From Poseidonia sp. (GTDB lineage: Archaea > Thermoplasmatota > Poseidoniia > Poseidoniales > Poseidoniaceae): 64,000 bases of DNA. Within the stretch, counting starts at the first letter, position 1. Each line of letters opens with the position of its first letter. The stretch is from NCBI GenBank assembly GCA_965661285.1, contig CBFIDD010000002.1, positions 192,001 through 256,000 on the forward strand, in the 5' to 3' direction. The position numbers were made by a program, and so were the translations under genes. The notes under the pieces are model-generated. The model saw nothing but the letters and a program-made list of their open reading frames with translations. It was not told the DNA's origin and did no database searches. Below, one piece after another: positions 38,422-45,785 of this stretch.

Positions 38422-39204
38422 ATGGAATGGCTTGAAAGAGCAGGTTGGCATTACGACAAAGATTCGAATTCAATAGAACAATCAGAATTTACTCACCCTC
38501 TTCCAATGACTATTGTATTTTGTTTCTTTTTTACCCCAATTCCGTTTATGTCCGTTGTGTTTGTAAATGGACCGATCTTTTTTTTGTTTGTGAGCTTAGC
38601 CGTATGTGCGCTCAGTTTGGCTTGCTTATTGGGGTACATCCTCACAATCAAAGGAACTGTCAGGAGAATTTCTCTGCATGACTTATCTTACACGGTGATG
38701 AAGCGAAACAGGCGAACGCTCGAAAATTCCAAGATCAACACCCTCGAATCAACGGATGGATTCATCCACCAGAACCTCGAGGTTATTGTCGTTGAGTATG
38801 AAGTACTCACAGGATCTGAAGGAGGTAGTGGCTACGTTACAACTTACCAGGTACGATTGGTCGAAAAAAGACTGGTCGGAGATGAACGCTACTTCACCCG
38901 TCTTGGAAAACGTTTTTTGAAGGCAGACCAGAGCACTCTGCCTCCAGAACTGCAAGTGGAACCTTGGCGTTTGGTTAATAATCACGGGAATAAACAAATG
39001 AAGTGGAATTATGGAAACGATCCAGCATACGATGTGCAGAGGATGCTGGTCTTGAGGGCGAAAAATAAACAAGATGCATTGGAATTAAGCGACCATTTTC
39101 GAGAATTTTTCATTGAAGGTGGTTGGCAGAAACTCACTGAACAGATTCCTCCTGTGATTTCAGATGAAGCAACCAATGATGGAAACGAACCGTTTTGGGT
39201 ATGA
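38422..39204 (+). CDS. Cassette membrane protein, paralog A
   Basis: Two N-terminal TM helices and a soluble domain; colinear with 39380-40159. Confidence 0.82.
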   Translation: MEWLERAGWHYDKDSNSIEQSEFTHPLPMTIVFCFFFTPIPFMSVVFVNGPIFFLFVSLAVCALSLACLLGYILTIKGTVRRISLHDLSYTVMKRNRRTLENSKINTLESTDGFIHQNLEVIVVEYEVLTGSEGGSGYVTTYQVRLVEKRLVGDERYFTRLGKRFLKADQSTLPPELQVEPWRLVNNHGNKQMKWNYGNDPAYDVQRMLVLRAKNKQDALELSDHFREFFIEGGWQKLTEQIPPVISDEATNDGNEPFWV

Positions 39205-39260
39205 ACTCAAACATTGAGGTCCTACTCAAAGACGCCACACCATGGTATTTGCAGATAGTT

Positions 39261-39330
39261 TCCCGGTACGAGCACTCCGATCTTACGTACGATTGTACGG
39301 ACGGAACCATTGAGTTTCCCGGTACGAGCA
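39261..39330 (+). repeat. 70-bp exact repeat copy 2 (core + 42-nt spacer + core)
   Basis: Identical to 36696-36765. Confidence 0.95.
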
Positions 39331-39379
39331 TTCTCTATATTGAAAAAAATTAAAATTTACAGTTCGCTAAACTCATGAC

Positions 39380-40159
39380 ATGGATTGGTTGGAGGAAGCG
39401 GGTTGGTGTTACGACCCAGAATCTCATTCAATTGAACAGGTTGAGTACACCAGTCCTAGTTTGGGCCTCTTTCTATTTGTCGTGTTCGCGATTGGAATTT
39501 CGGTCATATTCTTCGAAACTTTATACAGCCCTGATTTTTTGGTTTTTCTTCTTGTTTACGCATCATTGTTGGGTTTGATGGCGCTTGCGGGACTCCACAT
39601 AACAAATGTGGGGTGGGTGAAAAGAATTGCACTATCTGATTTGTCCTACTCTGTCATGAAACGTAACAAGCGAACGCTCGAAAATTCAAAGATTGCTACC
39701 CTCGAATCGACGGATGGATTCACGCATGAGAACCTGGAGGTCATTGTCGTTGAGTATGAACGAAAGAATGAAAGTGAAGGCCCTGCGTACTACACCTTCT
39801 ATCAAGTCCGGTTGGTTGAAAAACGACTGGTTGGAAATGAGAGATACTTCACCCACCTTAAAAAACGTTTCATGGAGGCAGATAAGAGCACGTTGCCCCC
39901 CGAACTGCAAGCGGACGCTTGGGGTTTGGCCTACAACCACGGAAAAATAAGGGAGAAGTTGTATCACGGAAAGAATCCGGCCTACGATGTGCAGAGGATG
40001 TTGGTGTTGAATGCGAAAAACAAAACACATGCACTCGAATTGAGCGAGCGTTTTCGAGAATTTTTCATTGAAGGTGGTTGGAAAGAACTCACTCGACAGC
40101 CCTCACCTGCAATCTCAAGTGATGTTGCCGAGGAGGAAAACCGGCCGTTCTGGCAATGA
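39380..40159 (+). CDS. Cassette membrane protein, paralog B
   Basis: Shares RTLENSKI.TLESTDGF, YQVRLVEKRLVG, PAYDVQRMLVL and FREFFIEGGW with paralog A. Confidence 0.82.
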   Translation: MDWLEEAGWCYDPESHSIEQVEYTSPSLGLFLFVVFAIGISVIFFETLYSPDFLVFLLVYASLLGLMALAGLHITNVGWVKRIALSDLSYSVMKRNKRTLENSKIATLESTDGFTHENLEVIVVEYERKNESEGPAYYTFYQVRLVEKRLVGNERYFTHLKKRFMEADKSTLPPELQADAWGLAYNHGKIREKLYHGKNPAYDVQRMLVLNAKNKTHALELSERFREFFIEGGWKELTRQPSPAISSDVAEEENRPFWQ

Positions 40160-40357
40160 TCTTGACATTGATATGTTGCTCAACAAACACGCACCATGGT
40201 ATTTGCACGTCGCTCATCGGCACGGGGACTATTCTATAGAATGGAATTCACTCATCCTGGTCCATCCATCTATGTTGCACGAAGATGTATCCTGCCTTGG
40301 GATGCGTCAAGCATCTACGGAGGTCTTCTTTATTGGATTGAGCGTTGAGGAGACATC

Positions 40358-40999
40358 ATGCCCGGCCCACTCCGCTCGCTCGTCTATGTCCACACCGCCC
40401 TTCGAAACGAACTCAATCAACTCGCTGCCCTCGCTCACGATGTTGCAGCAGGAGAAAACACGCTTGGAACGCTCAAAGAACGCTTTGACTGGGCAACCTA
40501 TGCCCTCCACTACCACGCTGTTGGTGAAGACGCCGCCCTGTTCCCTGCTGTTGAAGCAAAGCACCCGGGTGTGGCCATGACCTTTGACGATGACCACCGT
40601 ACCGATGACGCACTGGTGGAGGAAATGAAATCCCTCCTCGAGGCAGGAGGCGACGGTGAAACGCTCCAAAGGATTGCACGATGCGCCGACCAATTGGCCG
40701 ACCGCGCCTCCCTCCACATGGACAAGGAAGAGCGGTTGCTCGTCCCCTTCGTTGAGGAGCACTTCGGCATGGAGGAGCAGGGCGCCATTCTTGGCGGCAT
40801 GATGCAGGCGTTCCCTCCTGAATTTATGCTCAAAGGCGTTCCGTGGATTTTCTCGCACCTCGATGAAACCCTCCGCATCTCCTACGCCACCGCCCTCAAG
40901 GGCGCCATGCCACCCGAACCCTTTGGCATGCACATGAACAACGTTGAACAGCAACTCGGACCCGAGGAATGGGCACCCATTGCGGCTGCCATTGCGTGA
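40358..40999 (+). CDS. Hemerythrin/HHE domain protein
   Basis: Motifs HTALR, HYHAVGED..LFP, DDH and HMDKEE..L.P; GAGGAG SD. Confidence 0.88.
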   Translation: MPGPLRSLVYVHTALRNELNQLAALAHDVAAGENTLGTLKERFDWATYALHYHAVGEDAALFPAVEAKHPGVAMTFDDDHRTDDALVEEMKSLLEAGGDGETLQRIARCADQLADRASLHMDKEERLLVPFVEEHFGMEEQGAILGGMMQAFPPEFMLKGVPWIFSHLDETLRISYATALKGAMPPEPFGMHMNNVEQQLGPEEWAPIAAAIA

Positions 41000-41029
41000 T
41001 TAAACCGAGTCCGCAGACACGCAGCGCGG

Positions 41030-41557
41030 TTAGCCAAGGATTTGGTGGCCGACCCAAAGCAAGAGAATGGAAAGAACGGTCAACGCCCGTTGCATGTGAA
41101 GGAGTCGGGCACCCCTCCTGAACTCCCTTGGTGGCCATTTCCACTGCATCATGTACCCGGTGATAACCAAGACCCACATGGCCCCGGTCCCCACCCAGAG
41201 GGTCCAGTGCCACTCGAGGACATAGCCGTGGACGGTTCCAATAATGGCCGCAAACAGGCCGATCCAATTGTGTGCTTTCATGAAGCGTCGGTTAAAGACA
41301 CCCAATTGCCGTTTGAAGGCCTTGGGTTCCCGGTCGAGCAGTTCCGGCCCGTTGGCTCTGAGCCACTTGAACAACGGCTTCCATGCCACGATGGAAACCG
41401 TTCCCACAAAGAGGTAGAGGGCGACATCGCCCAAGCCTTCTGCTTCGAGACCGAAAACCGTGGGTTCGTCATCCTCATCTTCGTCGTCCTCCTCTGCGTC
41501 ATGATCGTTGCCAAGTGCGGTGTGAAGACTCAGAAGAAAGGCGAAAAACAACAACAC
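41030..41557 (-). CDS. Membrane protein with four intramembrane His residues (possible di-haem cytochrome b-like)
   Basis: KAHNWIG, TVHGY, LLHMQ and VGHQ in TM helices; acidic N-terminal stretch. Start is uncertain. Confidence 0.65.
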   Translation of the reverse strand: MLLFFAFLLSLHTALGNDHDAEEDDEDEDDEPTVFGLEAEGLGDVALYLFVGTVSIVAWKPLFKWLRANGPELLDREPKAFKRQLGVFNRRFMKAHNWIGLFAAIIGTVHGYVLEWHWTLWVGTGAMWVLVITGYMMQWKWPPREFRRGARLLHMQRALTVLSILLLWVGHQILG

Positions 41558-41579
41558 AACCAGGTGGCTTCGCTTTATC

Positions 41580-41915
41580 TCAATCCCTCACTTCTGCCCG
41601 CTGCCTCGCCTGCTCAACCCGCTGCCAAGGACCGCCGTTGTGGGCTGGAATGCCCGCTTGTTTCAACATCTTCGCAGCCTTTCCAGACCGCATACCGCTG
41701 GCGCAGCACGTCACGATGGTTGTTCGCTGTTTTTTGAGGGCGGCGATTTTGGAGGAAAGGGAGGCCAATGGAATGTGCCGTGATTGCTCGCCGTGGGCGC
41801 TGTTGTATTCGCCCGTTGTGCGAACATCAACGATGATAGCGCCCTCCTCAAGCAAGGTTTGGGTGTCGGGTTTGTTGGAAAATAGGAGTCCACGAAGCCA
41901 AGAAAACATCATCAC
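41580..41915 (-). CDS. Rhodanese-like domain protein
   Basis: Motifs IVDVRTTGEY, HIPL and CCASGMRS. Confidence 0.9.
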   Translation of the reverse strand: MMMFSWLRGLLFSNKPDTQTLLEEGAIIVDVRTTGEYNSAHGEQSRHIPLASLSSKIAALKKQRTTIVTCCASGMRSGKAAKMLKQAGIPAHNGGPWQRVEQARQRAEVRD

Positions 41916-41918
41916 ACC

Positions 41919-42308
41919 TCACGCATAACTGACGGGCATGCCTGCGTCCTTCCAGCCGTTGATGCCGCTTTCCAGTTCCATAAGGTTGGTGAAGCCCATG
42001 TCGAGAAGTGTTTGGGCGGCGTCTTGAGAGCGGTTTCCACTACGGCAGTAGAGCAAAATAAGCGCGTCCTTGTCTTCCGGGAGCTCGTTTTCTCGAGTTT
42101 CCAACTCGGTGTGGGGAATCAAGGTGGCGTTTTCCAAGTGCCCGTCCTGTTCCCACTCAGCCGTGGTTCGAACGTCGAGAAGAAATCCGTCGTTGTCGGC
42201 CTTGATGGCCTCGTCAAAGGCGGTGACATCCACGCGTTCCCACTGTCCATCGTTGGAGATGCAGCCGGACAAGAGCAGGAAGATCAGCAGGGGAAGCCAT
42301 CTTTTCAT
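41919..42308 (-). CDS. Rhodanese-like lipoprotein
   Basis: Lipobox LLSGC; motifs LLDVRT..EW, GHL and YCRSGNRS. Confidence 0.88.
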   Translation of the reverse strand: MKRWLPLLIFLLLSGCISNDGQWERVDVTAFDEAIKADNDGFLLDVRTTAEWEQDGHLENATLIPHTELETRENELPEDKDALILLYCRSGNRSQDAAQTLLDMGFTNLMELESGINGWKDAGMPVSYA

Positions 42309-42384
42309 GCCCTGCAATTCAAGACCTCGGCACAAATACCTGCCGAGGGTATTCCATCCAAAAACAGGAAAATATTCAAAAAAA

Positions 42385-43392
42385 ATGCAACACATCAACC
42401 TTATCGTGAGGGCTTTCCGACAAATGACTGTCCTTTTCACCATGAGTTGTGTTCTTTTCTGCATACCTGTTACGGGACAGGCCGTGAACTACAGCGTAGA
42501 AGTCGAATGTGACGATGAGACAATCGAGGTAGAATCGGAGCCGGGAAACATTGTCACTGGGTACTTGGACTGCACGTTCACCAACCCTTCAATCCATCTT
42601 GAAAAAATTCAGTACCAGGTAAACTCCGACTATGGTGGGGTGACATTGATTCCTAGACAGGGAACTCTTGATTTGAATGGTGGTGAATCTAAAATTCTCA
42701 CAATTGGAATAACACCCAACGAGGGCCTGTGGACAGGAAATTATGAGTTAACTGTTTATGGAACGGTGGTAGAAGTATGGGGTGGACCGCCACCATCCTA
42801 CGAAACAGATATGGATACAGGGACCTATTACGTATCACCGTATTTGGACTTCGATCCGGTGAGTTGCTGGTCATCCTTTTCAGACGACACATACAGTTTA
42901 GTTGATGTTGGGTGTTGGGTAGAAAACCGGGGAAACACGCATGATGAATACTCGTTGGTTGTTCCTCAATCAGCCATAGATGCAATGGAGTCATTCGGGT
43001 TTAAATCGACACCAGCACTCTCGCAATCGGTTGATTGGTTCACTTATGACATACACCATCCTATGATTGAAGGTGGGTTTGTGTTTGAAGGAGACACATC
43101 AGAATGGAGAGACAATGACACCCTCTATTCGCTGAATGAGGTGATATTGGTGGAATTGCACAGCCAAGGTGCTGAGTCCGAGGGAAGCCCGCTGATCGAA
43201 CAAGCCAGTGTTCCAATTCAGCTGGCCATAGAAAAAGAAATCGTTGAGGACCAATATGCCCCCGAGGGTTTCCTTTTCGCACCCGGGATGATCGAACTGC
43301 TTGTTGTCCTCTTGGTAGCGGTCGCAGTGGCACGGCCTCATCAGGGAGATGAGAACGGTGACATTCGCAACCTGCTCACAGACCGTACGTGA
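42385..43392 (+). CDS. Secreted surface protein with a C-terminal sorting/TM signal (choice-of-anchor T-like)
   Basis: Signal peptide, acidic beta-rich body and an APG + TM + R terminus; lower GC than the flanks. The family name is tentative. Confidence 0.7.
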   Translation: MQHINLIVRAFRQMTVLFTMSCVLFCIPVTGQAVNYSVEVECDDETIEVESEPGNIVTGYLDCTFTNPSIHLEKIQYQVNSDYGGVTLIPRQGTLDLNGGESKILTIGITPNEGLWTGNYELTVYGTVVEVWGGPPPSYETDMDTGTYYVSPYLDFDPVSCWSSFSDDTYSLVDVGCWVENRGNTHDEYSLVVPQSAIDAMESFGFKSTPALSQSVDWFTYDIHHPMIEGGFVFEGDTSEWRDNDTLYSLNEVILVELHSQGAESEGSPLIEQASVPIQLAIEKEIVEDQYAPEGFLFAPGMIELLVVLLVAVAVARPHQGDENGDIRNLLTDRT

Positions 43393-43543
43393 TGGTGTGC
43401 TCGAGGCACATCTTCCACATCTCTCGACCCGTCTGGCTTTCGTAAGCATCAAAGAACAGACAACCGTTATGGAACGCCCAGAAACTTCGGGCAGGGTTGG
43501 AGGATGGGTCGGCCGTGGTGTCGTTCGGGTCGCCGTTCAGCAT
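43376..43543 (-). CDS. 55-aa ORF resembling one ELWxxDGT-type propeller blade (possible remnant)
   Basis: SSNP...NGCLFFDA...TGREMWK; TGATG overlap with the upstream gene. Confidence 0.45.
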   Translation of the reverse strand: MLNGDPNDTTADPSSNPARSFWAFHNGCLFFDAYESQTGREMWKMCLEHTITYGL

Positions 43544-44343
43544 CACGCACGGAGCGGTGCGGTTGTGGACCATTCGGCCGTCGGCTTGTGCCAATCTCGC
43601 AGTTGGTCGGTTTCAAGTCGAAGTTGGAGGCGCTCACCCGGTTGCAGGTTCACATCATCGAAGATGAAATCAATCACTTTCTCGTTGCTGCGGAAGGTTT
43701 CGTCGAACAAGACCGACTCTTCGACAACATCGCCAGCGCTAAGCTTTTGCAGGAGAACACGAACATGACACTCCTGAAGCGGATTGCGGAGTGAACACGA
43801 TTCACTGCTTCCGTCGTGTTCAACCATCACGTAGCCCTCCAACGAGGACTGGCCTTCGTGGTCAGAGAGAGGAATCACCGTATCCTTTGCCGTTGGGGCG
43901 CAGACACATTCCATGTTGTCAACTTCCGCAGCAGACACCAAATTCACCTCAAGGACCATTTCAATCGTCTCCGTTGACCCGTCGAGCACTTCGGTTGCGC
44001 TGACGCTGTAGTAGCCTGGTTGGGTGAAACTGTGGTTGGTTGTCGAGCCTGTGGCGGTGAATCCATCACCAAAATCCCAGGAGATAAGACCGCCACGGTC
44101 GGTGGCCGTGAAGAAGAATTCGTGGTGGATGTGCTCGATGACGACTTCTTCGTCGTTGTCTCCCTCGTCGATTTCGGTCATGATGTATTGATTGGTGCCC
44201 GAAGGAGAATCCACGCTGGCCTCAAAACCGGTTTCACTCGATGAAAACAGTCCCGCGCCCTCGCCGACCACAAAAGCACCTGCGCCCAATCCGATGAGAA
44301 AAACGGAGAGCAATCCGACCATCAACACTTGAGGCGAGGCCAT
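43543..44343 (-). CDS. Membrane-anchored PKD domain protein
   Basis: N-terminal TM and PKD pattern SWDFGDG....G....HSF..PG.Y.V. Confidence 0.82.
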   Translation of the reverse strand: MASPQVLMVGLLSVFLIGLGAGAFVVGEGAGLFSSSETGFEASVDSPSGTNQYIMTEIDEGDNDEEVVIEHIHHEFFFTATDRGGLISWDFGDGFTATGSTTNHSFTQPGYYSVSATEVLDGSTETIEMVLEVNLVSAAEVDNMECVCAPTAKDTVIPLSDHEGQSSLEGYVMVEHDGSSESCSLRNPLQECHVRVLLQKLSAGDVVEESVLFDETFRSNEKVIDFIFDDVNLQPGERLQLRLETDQLRDWHKPTAEWSTTAPLRA

Positions 44344-44436
44344 GACGCCATCTTCGTGAGGAGCCATGCCTTTAGCGGTTGCCATGTTACAAAAATCGCT
44401 CAACAACTACAAAAGAACTTGCTCAAGACCGTAGCG

Positions 44437-45660
44437 TCATTCGTCTCCGACCACATCATCGGGCATGGATGGTGCCTCGGCCACGACCACGGCGAACCAA
44501 GCGACGGCGGCTGCCAGAACGATGGTCCCAAACGTAGCGTGAACGCTCCACCCAAACGGCAAGACATGGAGGTTGAGGCCTTCGGTCCAATAGAGCACAT
44601 TGGATATCGATTGCGCCTCAATCCACCACCTGGCCATGAAGATCACCACTTGCGTGGCGGCCATGAGCGGAACGTAAACCTTCATCCCCCATCGACGGAA
44701 GACAGGGAGAAAGAGTTCTGCGGCCACCGCCAACAACAAACTCATTTGAAACACGGTTTGGCTGAACTCAGTATACACCCACATACTGACGGCTTGAATG
44801 CAAAAGAGGACGAACATTGAGCCACGTGCAGGTTTCCAGCGCTTGAGAAACATGATGAGCGCCCCCGATAACAAGAGCGCCTGGAGCCAAAAACTCTGCA
44901 GTCCAAATTCAAGAGCGCCGCTGTAGTTCTCATTGTTGCAAAAGTCAGTGAAACCGTTGTAGCAGAATCCCGATAGGTCCCTGAACCAAAGGTTGGTGTA
45001 GCGGAAGATCAGTTGGACGACACTCCATGCTGCCCCGATGCCGAACACCAAAAGGAGTTGCGAGCGCAAGCCGGCACTGCCACTTTTTGAATCCGGCCAA
45101 GCCGACCAAACCGGTGCGGTCACCGACATCATCAATCCGATAAAGAGGCCGATGTGGGTCGGCGAAAGAAGAATATCGGTGTTGCTCTCAACCCCCAAGG
45201 TTTCGTGCCAAATCATATCCCCAAAGCCGGAAATGCCGAACACAATGATGCCGTAAACACCGGGTTTGTGCTGTGGAGCAAGGCCACCCAACACCTTGAA
45301 CGGGTGTCGAAGCATTTCCTGCACGCCGCCTTCCGGAAGAATGGCGTAGGTGATGTAGAAACCGTAAGCGGTCGCACCCGAGTACCAAATGGCATGCCAC
45401 GGTGTGAAAAAGGAGTCATCGACCACACCGGAAATATGAGCAAAGGCATCGGTCAACAGACCACCCAAACACCAGAGGCCCAGCACCAGCACGACTCCAT
45501 CGTAGCGAGGAGCGCCGACTCGAGGAAGCCCACCCCAACGACGGTGAAGGCCGTAAGCAACCAGGCCTGCTAGGGCCAGGGTTCCAAAGAAGAGTGTCGG
45601 AAAACCGAACAGGAGATTGGGGTCCTCCGGCGGTGGGAAATCATGGGCTGGGTGGTGCAT
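44437..45660 (-). CDS. Multi-pass membrane protein with conserved-looking His/Asp motifs
   Basis: DAFAH..DDSFFTPWH and DMIWH..LLSPTH in TM helices. Confidence 0.75.
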   Translation of the reverse strand: MHHPAHDFPPPEDPNLLFGFPTLFFGTLALAGLVAYGLHRRWGGLPRVGAPRYDGVVLVLGLWCLGGLLTDAFAHISGVVDDSFFTPWHAIWYSGATAYGFYITYAILPEGGVQEMLRHPFKVLGGLAPQHKPGVYGIIVFGISGFGDMIWHETLGVESNTDILLSPTHIGLFIGLMMSVTAPVWSAWPDSKSGSAGLRSQLLLVFGIGAAWSVVQLIFRYTNLWFRDLSGFCYNGFTDFCNNENYSGALEFGLQSFWLQALLLSGALIMFLKRWKPARGSMFVLFCIQAVSMWVYTEFSQTVFQMSLLLAVAAELFLPVFRRWGMKVYVPLMAATQVVIFMARWWIEAQSISNVLYWTEGLNLHVLPFGWSVHATFGTIVLAAAVAWFAVVVAEAPSMPDDVVGDE

Positions 45661-45785
45661 GTGTGCGACATTCTTCAGAGAAGTTTATGTCTTTCCTCCC
45701 ACTTGTGATACCTGTTTTCAACTCCAACCGCCCAGCGAAGACAGCGACAAGAAGAATATACAAACTCCGAGGACCTCCAAAATCT

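Larger units (their letters stand above)
36696..40230 (+). mobile_element. tRNA-Glu-anchored cassette array / genomic islet
   Basis: TCCCGGTACGAGCA at 36696, 36752, 38360, 39261 and 39317; AT-rich cargo; no integrase in the window. The right boundary is uncertain. Confidence 0.85.

Noticed and set aside
36696-39330. CRISPR array interpretation of the 14-bp repeats with a 42-nt spacer
   Set aside because: The repeat is the tRNA 3' end and is too short. Spacing is irregular, the two short spacers are identical, and no cas genes are present.
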